Source: Octopus sinensis
Lineage: Eukaryota
NCBI RefSeq assembly: GCF_006345805.1
Contig: NC_042997.1
Coordinates: 85,374,001 to 85,438,000, forward strand
Length of the DNA: 64,000 bases
Reading direction: 5' to 3'
Shown piece by piece: positions 49,406 through 61,470 of this stretch. Numbering within the stretch: position 1 is the first letter of the stretch; every line of letters begins with the position of its first letter. The notes below the pieces were generated by a model. It was not told the DNA's origin. It did no database searches and worked only from the letters and a program-made list of their open reading frames with translations. The position numbers and the translations under genes are program-made.

Positions 49406-52400
49406 TGTAGTGATCCGACAACGGTGCGCGCTCGCGCACCGCCCATTTGTATTTCGCGCGTGTTAGTGCCTTTACCAAGGCACAGAAGGAAGGCCCCTCT
49501 CGCGCATGCGCGAACCACCGGTAGCACGACCCTATTGCCTACGTAGCAGTTAGCGAGGCAAGGGGGTCGTAGAACGTTTGACCGCTAGCAGCAGCAGCCA
49601 ATGACTTGGGAACCAGCGATTGAAGGCGACGGTCACACGTATATTCTCTCTCCGTCAGGGCTTGATTCTAGCAGCAGTCGGCCGAAATACCTTTAACCAA
49701 ATTGTTGCCGACCACATTTCAACTTCCCTGTTCGACGCCATTTTGACCCCTTTCTGTTTTTGGGCTGGACATTGTAAATATTACAATCTATTAACTTATA
49801 GCGGTGCGCGCCCGAACCTAGGACATCAGATAACACACTTATTGTTATTGTTTACCAAGAAAGAGAATAAAGTAGTTATATGTATATTTTACGTCTGCGT
49901 CTTGTTGTTTCTGACTGGTAGAATTCTGGATTATTTAAGCAACGGCTAGTGAGTGATTGCTTTGTGCACCCCAAGAGTGCACGAAGATATTCACAACTCA
50001 CATCGAAGTTCCTTTCAGTGGTGACCCCCGACGTGATTCTGGTCTAAAACCAGAGATCACTTATCAACAAAAAAATCCAGTTTTTCTGCGAAGTCGGAAC
50101 ACGATTTAACTCTACGCATTCATCTTACGACGATTTGTTTCCGGCCACTACAAACAGTTGTAGAAGGAGCCTCTTTCTTCTTCTACAGCCATGATGACGG
50201 ACGCCATCATATATTCGATGCCTTTTCTCCACCTTCGTCATCATCATCGTCGTCGCTATCTTCGTCGCCATCATCACTAAGAACGATGTTGTCCCAAGTC
50301 CACTACAGTCGCCTTCCACCACCAACGTCGCCTTTCAACACCGTCGACCTCCAGCAACTCGCGGAACTTTAGCGTGCACGCTGTTTTGTGCATATGCACA
50401 CCAAGGATAAACAGCACCGTCTATCTACGAGATTCTTCTGTTCCAGTTAACCTGTCACAGCATTGAAGCCACAACCGCTACACATTGTGTTCAACCGGCA
50501 TCTGCATTTTGTGATTTCAACATTTCTGTTACAGAACGAACTGCTATTGTACATCAGGCTATTACAGACTGGTAAATTAATTCTTGTCTGGAATGGCCTT
50601 GAGAGACATTTTTTTTCTATGCGCTGTATATTTTTTTATATTTTGCTCGCATTCACCTTGTATGTATTTCTGTCGCACACACGTACACACACATAAATGC
50701 TCTCTCTCACATACATACGTCACACATACTTTTCTCGCTTGTTTTTTTTTCATGCTGAATTTGCCTTTTGTGGACACCCCTCATTTCTATAGACCCTAGG
50801 TCGGTCACGAATACATAGAGAGGGTTGTTTGTTCATTATAACGCGCCAGCATGTCATACCTTTGTTCCTGTACGAACGAGGCATATAATCGCCTAACCAC
50901 TGGCATATTCATTGCTGTTTTTTCGGTCTGGCAAGCCCTTATTGCATTTCATGCGCCTTGCTTCGCACGTGTATTGCCTTGTTTTTGCAACACGTTTTGC
51001 GTTTAGCTTAGTTCTTTTCCCGACTCATAGACGTCGGATGTTCAAATGCGCTGCGCCGATTTATAGGCGTAATTATTTTCCCTGTTAGACCACTGTTGGT
51101 CACGTAATTAACAGAAAATTATCTGTGTCGCGCATCACACCAGCATGTTTGCACTTTTGCCTTTTGTGTTACTAGCGAGCTTCTGTCAATTCCATTTCCT
51201 CTCCTGCAGCAATTGATTTAACTGCTATTTCGCAGGATCAACTACCTTTAGAGAAGTTGGATTTTAATTTCGTTTAGGTTTATTGACTGTGAGTTTTGCA
51301 TTCCCTCCGCTCCTACAGCGGAAGGTTCTATACTTTGTGACGTATACACTTTCATGCATGCACTCTTGATTTTTGCTCATTGTTGAGTATTTTTTCTCTT
51401 TTTCCTTAGTAAATTTCTTGTGTATGTTATAAATTTTTGCCATTATATTATTGTGTGCTATTTGGTTATCTGGTGTCCACCTTGAGTTTTGCAGTCACTA
51501 CAATAAGTTTCCTTTCGTGCGTACGCACTGGAGGGGAGCCTGTAGTGATCCGACAACGGCGCGCGCTCGCGCACCGCCCATTTGTATTTCGCGCGTGTTA
51601 GTACCTTTACCAAGGCACAGAAAGGAAGGCCCCTCTCGCGCATGCGCGAACCACCGGTAGCACGACCCTATTGCCTACGTAGCAGTTAGCGAGGCAAGGG
51701 GGTCGTAGAACGTTTGACCGCTAGCAGCAGCAGCCAATGACTTGGGAACCAGCGATTGAAGGCGACGGTCACACGTATATTCTCTCTCCGTCAGGGCTTG
51801 ATTCTAGCAGCAGTCGGCCGAAATACCTTTAACCAAATTGTTGCCGACCACATTTCAACTTCCTGTTCGACGCCATTTTGACCCCTTTCTGTTTTTGGGC
51901 TGGACATTGTAAATATTACAATCTATTAACTTATAGCGGTGCGCGCCCGAACCTAGGACATCAGATAACACACTTATTGTTATTGTTTACCAAGAAAGAG
52001 AATAAAGTAGTTATATGTATATTTTACGTCTGCGTCTTGTTGTTTCTGACTGGTAGAATTCTGGATTATTTAAGCAACGGCTAGTGAGTGATTGCTTTGT
52101 GCACCCCAAGAGTGCACGAAGATATTCACAACTCACATCGAAGTTCCTTTCAGTGGTGACCCCCGACGTGATTCTGGTCTAAAACCAGAGATCACTTATC
52201 AACAAAAAAATCCAGTTTTTCTGCGAAGTCGGAACACGATTTAACTCTATGCATTCATCTTACGACGATTTGTTTCCGGCCACTACAAACAGTTGTAGAA
52301 GGAGCCTCTTTCTTCTTCTACAGCCATGATGACGGACGCCATCATATATTCGATGCCTTTTCTCCACCTTCGTCATCATCATCGTCGTCTTTCTACTTCA

Positions 52401-54304
52401 CGTCGTCGCTATCTTCGTCGCCATCATCACTAAGAACGATGTTGTCCCAAGTCCACTACAGTCGCCTTCCACCACCAACGTCGCCTTTCAACACCGTCGA
52501 CCTCCACCAAGATGTACATAGCAACTCGCGGAACTTTAGCGTGCACGCTGTTTTGTGCATATGCACACCAAGGATAAACAGTACCGTCTATCTACGAGAT
52601 TCTTCTGTTCCAGTTAACCTGTCACAGCATTGAAGCCACAACCGCTACACATTGTGTTCAACCGGCATCTGCATTTTGTGATTTCAACATTTCTGTTACA
52701 GAACGAACTGCTATTGTACATCAGGCTATTACAGACTGGTAAATTAATTCTTGTCTGGAATGGCCTTGAGAGACATTTTTTTTCTATGCGCTGTATATTT
52801 TTTTTATATTTTGCTCGCATTCACCTTGTATGTATTTCTGTCGCACACACGTACACACACATAAATGCTCTCTCTCACATACATACGTCACACATACTTT
52901 TCTCGCTTGTTTTTTTTTCATGCTGAATTTGCCTTTTGTGGACACCCCTCATTTCTATAGACCCTAGGTCGGTCACGAATACATAGAGAGGGTTGTTTGT
53001 TCATTATAACGCGCCAGCATGTCATACCTTTGTTCCTGTACGAACGAGGCATATAATCGCCTAACCACTGGCATATTCATTGCTGTTTTTTCGGTCTGGC
53101 AAGCCCTTATTGCATTTCATGCGCCTTGCTTCGCACGTGTATTGCCTTGTTTTTGCAACACGTTTTGCGTTTAGCTTAGTTCTTTTCCCGACTCATAGAC
53201 GTCGGATGTTCAAATGCGCTGCGCCGATTTATAGGCGTAATTATTTTCCCTGTTAGACCACTGTTGGTCACGTAATTAACAGAAAATTATCTGTGTCGCG
53301 CATCACACCAGCATGTTTGCACTTTTGCCTTTTGTGTTACTAGCGAGCTTCTGTCAATTCCATTTCCTCTCCTGCAGCAATTGATTTAACTGCTATTTCG
53401 CAGGATCAACTACCTTTAGAGAAGTTGGATTTTAATTTCGTTTAGGTTTATTGACTGTGAGTTTTGCATTCCCTCCGCTCCCTACAGCGGAAGGTTCTAT
53501 ACTTTGTGACGTATACACTTTCATGCATGCACTCTTGATTTTTGCTCATTGTTGAGTATTTTTTCTCTTTTTCCTTTAGTAAATTTCTTGTGTATGTTAT
53601 AAATTTTTGCCATTATATTATTGTGTGCTATTTGGTTATCTGGTGTCCACCTTGAGTTTTGCAGTCACTACAATAAGTTTCCTTTCGTGCGTACGCACTG
53701 GAGGGGAGCCTGTAGTGATCCGACAACGGCGCGCGCTCGCGCACCGCCCATTTGTATTTCGCGCGTGTTAGTACCTTTACCAAGGCACAGAAAGGAAGGC
53801 CCCTCTCGCGCATGCGCGAACCACCGGTAGCACGACCCTATTGCCTACGTAGCAGTTAGCGAGGCAAGGGGGTCGTAGTAGAACGTTTGACCGCTAGCAG
53901 CAGCAGCCAATGACTTGGGAACCAGCGATTGAAGGCGACGGTCACACGTATATTCTCTCTCCGTCAGGGCTTGATTCTAGCAGCAGTCGGCCGAAATACC
54001 TTTAACCAAATTGTTGCCGACCACATTTCAACTTCCCTGTTCGACGCCATTTTGACCCCTTTCTGTTTTTGGGCTGGACATTGTAAATATTACAATCTAT
54101 TAACTTATAGCGGTGCGCGCCCGAACCTAGGACATCAGATAACACACTTATTGTTATTGTTTACCAAGAAAGAGAATAAAGTAGTTATATGTATATTTTA
54201 CGTCTGCGTCTTGTTGTTTCTGACTGGTAGAATTCTGGATTATTTAAGCAACGGCTAGTGAGTGATTGCTTTGTGCACCCCAAAAGTGCACGAGGATATT
54301 CCCA
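49406..54304 (+). mobile_element. Non-autonomous LTR retroelement in a tandem array with shared LTRs (LTR1 49406-49995, LTR2 51541-52130, LTR3 53711-54304)
   Basis: Three near-identical 590-594 bp TG...CA repeats. PBS tggtgacccccgacgtgatt at 50019 and 52154 (tRNA-Trp complement with one extra C); PPT ggaggggag at 51530 and 53700; AATAAA within the LTR; no gag/pol motifs in the internal region of about 1.55 kb. Confidence 0.88.
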
Positions 54305-54480
54305 CATTAAGTTCGTTACAATAGCAACAGAGTAAAGTTATTTGGTCTATAGCCCTTTTCTCTTAAATATTAAGTTCAGATAAATAAAATCTTCCTTAAA
54401 TTAGTTGGCAGGCATTTTCTCCACCACCACCATGTATATTACAATCGACTCTTCAATTGGACTAAACAAGTGACAAATCA
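54305..54480 (+). mobile_element. Penelope-like RT thumb relic, right part (continuation of 49105-49405)
   Basis: Translation with frameshifts gives KVIW..PFSLN..INKIFLKLVGRHF..RLFN, resembling PLE RKVIWYNPPFS.NV.TNIGK.FL.LV.KHF..L.KIFN. Confidence 0.65.
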
Positions 54481-57065
54481 TTTTTCTAAGGATGTTCTAA
54501 CGTCAAACTGCAAAGGGACTTAACTGTAAGTGTACAGAAAATTAATGCTACTAATTAATTCCTGGAACGAGTTGCCGTCTGTTATCAACCGACAAACGTT
54601 TCTCCAGCCTTTCTGTCCGCAACACAACAGTCACTGCAACTAAAGACTGCATCTGTACCTCGCGTAACCCACGAAGCCCACGCCTACTATATTGCATCAA
54701 TGCTTTACATTCTCTTACCAAGAGTATTTTTATAACTTTCTACACTCCCACATCGTTAAAAAGCCTTTACAAAGTTTTCTAGCATGGAAAAAATCGGAAA
54801 ATAAAGTCTTTTGTAAGAGACCTGGTATTTACGATCGACAACTTGGATTAACTTGTATTATTAGCAAATATTCCACAAGAACGACAATTGAGTTTCACAA
54901 AAGCAGATAAAAATCATCAAAGGTTCAATTAATATTTTATACAATTCAAAACTAACTTTGGTTAGCCTGAAAATAAAATTAATGAATTAACACAAAGTGA
55001 TATTTTCAAATGCATAGAATTTGATGAAGAAATTAAAGGCTTAAATCACTGCTATGACAAAATTTAAAAGAGGGCATAACTGATAAAATAGAGGCAATAA
55101 TATCAAATAAAGAATACATTACTTTAAAAAGATCATTCAGATTTCGTTAATAATACACCTAAAATTGATGAATTATTTTAGAATCCAACTTCATAGAATA
55201 TTATACGAGTCAGACTCCTTTGGAAAAAAATAAATTAGAAAAGAAAAGTTGCGCAAATTAGATAAAATCCTAAAATTTGAAATCGATTTAAATGATTTTT
55301 GTTACTATGAACACGAACATATCTTTCTGCAGCAGGAAAAAGAGCAAAGCGAAGTATATTTTATAACCACAAATAGCAGCTAAGCCCGGTTTCACCCGGT
55401 TGGTTTGGATGATGTAGCTGTAAAACCTGCTCTGTGTAAGCATTCGACTTGTTTGGGCACGCTTACGTGAAAAAAACAATTTTGGAATGATTTTTTCTGT
55501 CAAAAAGCTAAAAATTACTGGCCAACACAAAAAACAACCATGATTCAACCAAATAAAAACAAACCCAAATAGTAAGAGAACAACGATGCAAAACAAAGAT
55601 GCAAAACAACAGAAACAAATATAAAAAATAAAACAAAAATTAACAGAAATAAAAAATAGGTAAAAAATCTTTTAAATTTTCAAAGGTAAAAAAACAACAA
55701 GACTAACTGAAAAATATCGCACAAACTTTAAAAACCAAAAGAAAAAAGACATCTGAAACTGAAAAACAAATAACTGAAACACTACAAAGATAGACTTCAC
55801 AAAAAATCCCACTTCCATTGCGCGCGCGCACGCACATACACACACACACACAAATGCACACACACACACATTCACATACCCGCTTTTACATACACATACG
55901 TATATTCACATAGAGTTGAAACGCTGTTTGATTTATTTTTCAGCGTACTATTTTCATCATCCCACTACCAAATATGACATCACCCCTTCCTTTCTTATTC
56001 ATCTATGGTCCCTTCCTTTCTCATTCATAAACACAAGAGTAACATTGGGAGCTATGAAAAAATACAAAGCCCAGCATCACCACTGGATCATTCTACACAT
56101 CTGTGTAATTTTTCGCGCAATTCCACCCAGCCATTTGACCGTGAATCCCAAGACAAGAAAGAATCGCCCATGTCAAATTTATATGTATAGATTTGAATAA
56201 GATTTATGCAAGCAGAATTTTGTTTAGATGGATACTCCTTTTATTAGTAATAAAAGAGCAAGTTTAGCAAGTAAGCTCATATGCTTTATGACTATTAATT
56301 TATTGGAGAAAGTTCTAAATTCTAGAACTTGTTACCATATATTAAATCATGACTGTCTGTCGCTGATCAACCTCAGAAACCAGAATTATTGAATCTCAAA
56401 CAAGTTTTCTGGGAAACCACTTGGAAATTAATACCATGTTTCGTAAATATGTCTAAATTCTTTAAAAAATTGAATGAACAATAGAAATTACTGATATTTA
56501 TATTTTCCTAATAATTCATAACTACTGAAGTTGAATTTAGTTAAAATTTCAGTAGATATTCAGGATTTTATTGTTTAACTGACTCTCACCATATTTGGCT
56601 CACCAAATTTTCTGACAAAAGGTTTGAAGAATTCGGACGTGCTGTATCTTCTATGTAAACAACTTCAAACCAGCTCTGATTGCTCATTTAAGAGAGGAAC
56701 CCTGGAAAACAGTATTTGATAAGCTTCTGAGATATAAAACATACACTGCTTGTTGGGATGAGTGTAAAGTTTGCCTGTCTGAATCAGTTAATTTCCGCTT
56801 TATACTAAAGGTGTAATTGATCTTAAGACTCCGATTTTGTTTTGGGTTTTGGGTGGCTCCTAAATAAACGAAGATTAGTATGTATACACATGTACGCACA
56901 ATAAAGTGAGTGCCAACTGCGAAAGCAGAATAATACAGAATTTAATAGAACCTTAAACTTCACAGATACGGTACATGATCTTGAAAGTGTAATTGTGTGT
57001 TTAGCACTTGTCGTTTGTCTCATCAAAGTGTCACTAACAATGTTCAGTTATTATATATATTTAGA

Positions 57066-57215
57066 GGACGGCGAGCTGGCAGAATCATAAGCACACCGGG
57101 CAAAATGCTTAGCAGCACTTCATCCATCATTACATTCTGAGTTCAAATTCCGCCAAGATTGACCTTGCCTTTTCATCCTTTCGGAAAGAACCAGTTGAAA
57201 ACTGGGATCGATATA
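57066..57215 (+). mobile_element. SINE family A, 5' part (3' part resumes at 58211-58270), split by a Tigger insertion
   Basis: The consensus gggatcgat|gtaatcgactt is interrupted exactly at the element boundaries. Confidence 0.75.
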
Positions 57216-58210
57216 CAGTAATCTCGCCGAAAAAGGACTGAAATTCAAAGTGCTTCTCCTAATGGACAACGCTAGAGGTCACGCATTCGACCTGTCGAAT
57301 GAGGGCGTACAAATCGAATTCTTACTGCCGAACACCACATCGCTGATCCAGGCTATGGATCAGGGCGTTATTCGTGCTTTTAAGCCGCTCATTACAACAA
57401 ACTCCCTGCAATACCTGGTCGAAGCTTTGGACCTAGATGATAACGTCTCGCTGAAGGAGTACTGGCGTGGATACACTATTGCAACATGTCTCCAAAATAT
57501 TCAGAAGGCCATAAAGGAGATGAAGAAAGAAACTTTGAAAGCTAGCTGGAAGAAATTGGGGCCAGAAGCGGTCCACGATTATAAAGGATTCTCTCCTGGC
57601 GAAATCCACCACTCTGCAATAGATAAGGCAGTGAAGTTAACAAAATTGCTTGGGGAGATGGCTTCACCTATATGAATACCGAGGGCGTTAATAACCTGAT
57701 TGAAGCCCACTCAAATTCGTTAACGGATGAAGATGAGACAGAGATGACGAAATCAGCAAGTGAGGAAGAAGAACAAGAGGATCTAGGGAAAGAAGAAGTC
57801 AGCCTATAACTAGAACGTATTTCAACCTAGCAAAAACAGCAAAAGAACTTCAGAGAATGGCGGAAGATTGGACCCCCAAATGATTCATGCTTGCAGTTCA
57901 GAAATGCAATCGACGGAGTCATGGAAGTTTATAAAAAACCTCCTTACACAGAAGAAAAGGCAGAGCCAATAGCTGCCCATCACTATGTTTCTTACCTGCA
58001 AAAAAAAAGAGAAGACACGAGTACTCCTAAGACTGTGGAGGGAATTTATAAAAGTTTAAATATATAAAAAATGATAAAATGAATATATACAAATTATAAA
58101 AATAATTTTTAAAAATGTACAGTACAGTGCTGTTTCTCCTTCATGGATTTTCACCTATCGCGGGGTGCGGGGTTTGGAACGTAACACCCGCGATAGTCGA
58201 GGGATTACTG
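57216..58210 (+). mobile_element. Internally deleted Tigger/pogo (TIGD1-like) transposon
   Basis: ORF 57250-57675 reads LLLMDNARGH..FLLPNTTSLIQAMDQGVIRAFK..WKKL (DDE_1 C-half). Termini are TA|cagtaatc(t)cg and cgagggattactg. Confidence 0.85.
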
Positions 58211-58667
58211 AATCGACTTAGCCCCCTTTCCCCGAACTTGATGGCCTTGAGCCAAAATTTGAAACCATTCTTTAATTATTTAAATTGTTTCAGTTTTAAA
58301 GCTGCGGTCATGCTGGGGCACCTCCGTTGCCATTATATATATTTATATAACAAATTACTAAAGATTATTAAAGGATAAATTTGATTTACGGAAAAAAATT
58401 CAAAATGACAAATTTGGTTTGGTAGACAGAATTGTTCATTCGAAGAAGTTTGTTCGAAATGATATTGGAAAGGCGTTTGACAAAACTAAATAGAAGATAA
58501 TATATATATGTATCAACAGAGTTCAAAAAGTTCATTGTTAAAATGTCGTATTAGAAACATCTTGACTGAATCAAGTGAAAATTTTCCCTTTTCATTAATA
58601 CGCATGCGTGTTTGTGTGTGTATCTGTGTGCGTGCGTGCCTGATAAGCTATAGTGAGAAAGAATACC

Positions 58668-59062
58668 CTCTCTCTCTTTTACTCTTTTACTTGTTTCAGT
58701 GATTTGACTGCAGCCATGCTGGAGCACCCCACTTAGTCGAGCAAATCGACCCTAGGACTTATTCTTTGTAAGCTTTCTTTTGCCGAACCGCTAAGTTACG
58801 GGAACCTAAACCCACCAGAATCGGTTGTCAAGCAATGGGGGGGGGGTGAGAAACACAGACACACAAACATATACACACACATACATTTATATATATACAT
58901 ATATACAACGGGCTTCTTTCAGTTTCCGTCTACCAAATCCACTCACAAGGCTTTGGTCAGCCCGAGGTTATAGCAGAAGACACTTGCCCAAGGTGCCACG
59001 CAGTGGGAATGGACCCAGAACCATATGGTTGGTAAGTAAGCTACTTACCACACAGCCACATC
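58668..59062 (-). mobile_element. SINE family B
   Basis: Matches the family consensus. Confidence 0.85.
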
Positions 59063-59223
59063 TTCGCCTAGATTATGAAATTTTGAGAGGACCCATTAAC
59101 TCAGCTTGGCAATGATGTATCTTCTTTAAGTAAAAAAAAATCCCGTTATCTGTTTTGTGGGTCAACGATAAAAGATTTCAGGGTTTCAATTAAAAATATT
59201 TTTACGCTAAAAGTTAATACAGT

Positions 59224-60900
59224 CACAGGTGTGGCAGTGTAGTAAGAGGCTTTCTTCCCAGCCACATGGTTCCGGGTCAGTCCCATTGCGTGACACCTTG
59301 GGCAAGTGTCTTCTACTATAGCCTCAGGTCGACCAAAGCTATGTGAGTGGATTTCGTAGACGTAAACTGAAAGAAGCCTGTCGTATATATACGAGGTGGT
59401 ATCAAAACGTTCCAGAACTAGTTATGTTTAATAAAAGAATAACTTATTTACCTCAATTTTAACACCATATCCTTCGAAATAGTCTTAACGCTGGTCTTAA
59501 CCTTCCTGCCATTTTGGGAATCCGGCCTATAAGTCGTTTTCCGCAAGCGAGTCGAGGACATTCTGCGATTTGCTCTGGATCTCGACAATAGTGTTGAAGC
59601 GGTGACCTTTGAGCTGCATTTTTATTTTGGGGAAGAGATGAAAGTCCGCAAGTGCTAAATCTGGCAACTAGGGCGAGTATGGAAGCGATACCATACTGTT
59701 TTTGGTGGGAAACTCACGAGAGAGAAGAACTCGATGACAGGATGCATTGTCGTCGTGAAGAATCCAATTCTTTGTGCTTCACAGATCTGGTCGATTTCGC
59801 CAAATGTCCCCCCTCAAACGCTTCAAAATGTCACAGTAGAACTCTCGATTGACGGTTTGGCCCTGGGAGGCGAATTCTCGATGCACAATATTGTGGATGT
59901 CGAGAAAAACAATGAACATACTCTTGATTTGGCTGCCGCTCTGTCGTGCCTTCTTAGGTCGTGGAAATGAAGGGTTCTTCCACTGTGATGCCTGCTTCAT
60001 CTCAGGATCGTACCTGTAGAGCCAACTCCCGCCACCAGTGATGATCCTCGACATTAAGGATGGATCATCAGCGGCACGTTGATTGAGATCTTGACAGACA
60101 TCGATGCGATGTTCTTTTTGCTAAGTGGTCAGCAGGCGGGCGACAACTCGGCATAGACACGCCACATGTTCAATTCGGACGTTAGGATTGCCTGTACGGA
60201 CTCATACGACAGACCAACAACATCAGCAATGTCGCTGATTGTCCTCCAACGATCCTCATGCACAAGCTGATGAATTTTCTCCGGATTTCCGGGATTGACG
60301 CTCATGACAGGTCTTCCAGGTCGTTCATCGTTTTCCAGGGATGTTCTTTGGCGCAAAACATTGCGTACGACCCATTGCCTCATCGCCGTAAGCTTGTCTA
60401 AGCATGCTCATTATCTCTGTAGCAGACTTCACAAGTTTAACGCGAAATTCCATGCTGGTCCTTTGTTCCTGTCCATGGTAAAATCACAGACTACAGCATA
60501 CACGTGATCACAAAGCAGATTTCACAACTTACGAAGTCAACACATTGATGTAACTCGGAACTTTGTCACATGACGGTCACTGCTAGCTATCACTGTGCAC
60601 GCAACCGTGTGCTGCCATCTGTTGGCGCGCCACAGAACTAGTTCGGGAACTTTTTGATACCACCTCGTATGTGTGTGAGCGCGTGCGTGTGCGTGTGTAT
60701 TTGTCTCTTCACCACAGCTTGACAACCGGTGTTAGTGTGTTTACGTTCCCGTAACTTAGCGGTTCGGCAAAAGAAATTGATAGAATAAGTGCTAGGCTTT
60801 TAAAAAATAAGTTCTGGGGTTGATTTGCTCTACTAAAAATTCCTCGAGGCGGTGCCCCAGCATAGCCGTAGTCAGGGGTCTGAAACAAGTAAAAGATGAA
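59224..60900 (+). mobile_element. SINE family B split by a mariner insertion (59224-59389 and 60670-60900)
   Basis: The two halves join into one consensus copy across the internal TA tract. Confidence 0.8.
59392..60667 (-). mobile_element. Full-length (1276 bp) mariner transposon, transposase pseudogenised
   Basis: TIRs TA|cgaggtggtatcaaaacgttcc.gaactagt and actagttcgggaactttttgataccacctcg|TA; peptides ENDERPGRP, RIITGGGSWLYRYDPE, PRPKKARQS..KSMFIVF and TVNREFYCDILKRLR. Confidence 0.92.
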
Positions 60901-61470
60901 AGATAAGTTGTGACTGGTCAACAATAGGAATCAATGAGATATAAAAAACAAAAAAAAGAAGTCAGCCAGCAACTAAACTAACAGAAAGCAAGGTCATCTT
61001 TCGAGCCACTCCAAGCAACAAAACTCCCAATCGAATTAATGACGTTATCACTTCAGTACACTTAGAAAGGCACTGAAAGACATCTGACTGGCAACATCAC
61101 AAGAATACAGAGAACAGAAAATTTGAGTTTATTTAATTTTACAGTTATAGACTTCCAATTTCCTTAGAGAACTATATACCATCATTAATTAATTATGCAT
61201 TTTATTCGAGGAAAACACAAAATAATTAGTATACCCTCTATAGCATTTCTTTTGTTATATATTATTTATATGCTGGAAAGCACAAGATTTAAGCAGAAAA
61301 CTGAAATGTTCTTTATTGTGACACAGGATCAATGCCTTCCCATCATAAACCACCAAAAGAATACATTAACTAATTGGTGAAGGCTTAGATGAGACTTTAT
61401 GCCACACTTTCTGGCTTCCCGTGCTAAGCCAAAAATAATATGTCTACAGGTATTATAGAGTTAAAGCTTA

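Noticed and set aside
49406-54304. CRISPR array, rDNA/5S unit or Cassandra-like 5S-bearing LTR; repeated 109-aa, 69-aa and 61-aa ORFs as genes
   Set aside because: The unit is 2.1 kb with no repeat-spacer pattern and no rRNA or 5S sequence was recognised. The ORFs lie within the LTRs, begin at non-ATG codons and have no known motifs.
55288-55596. 102-aa hydrophobic ORF
   Set aside because: It reflects T-rich composition, has a non-ATG start and shows no recognisable homology.
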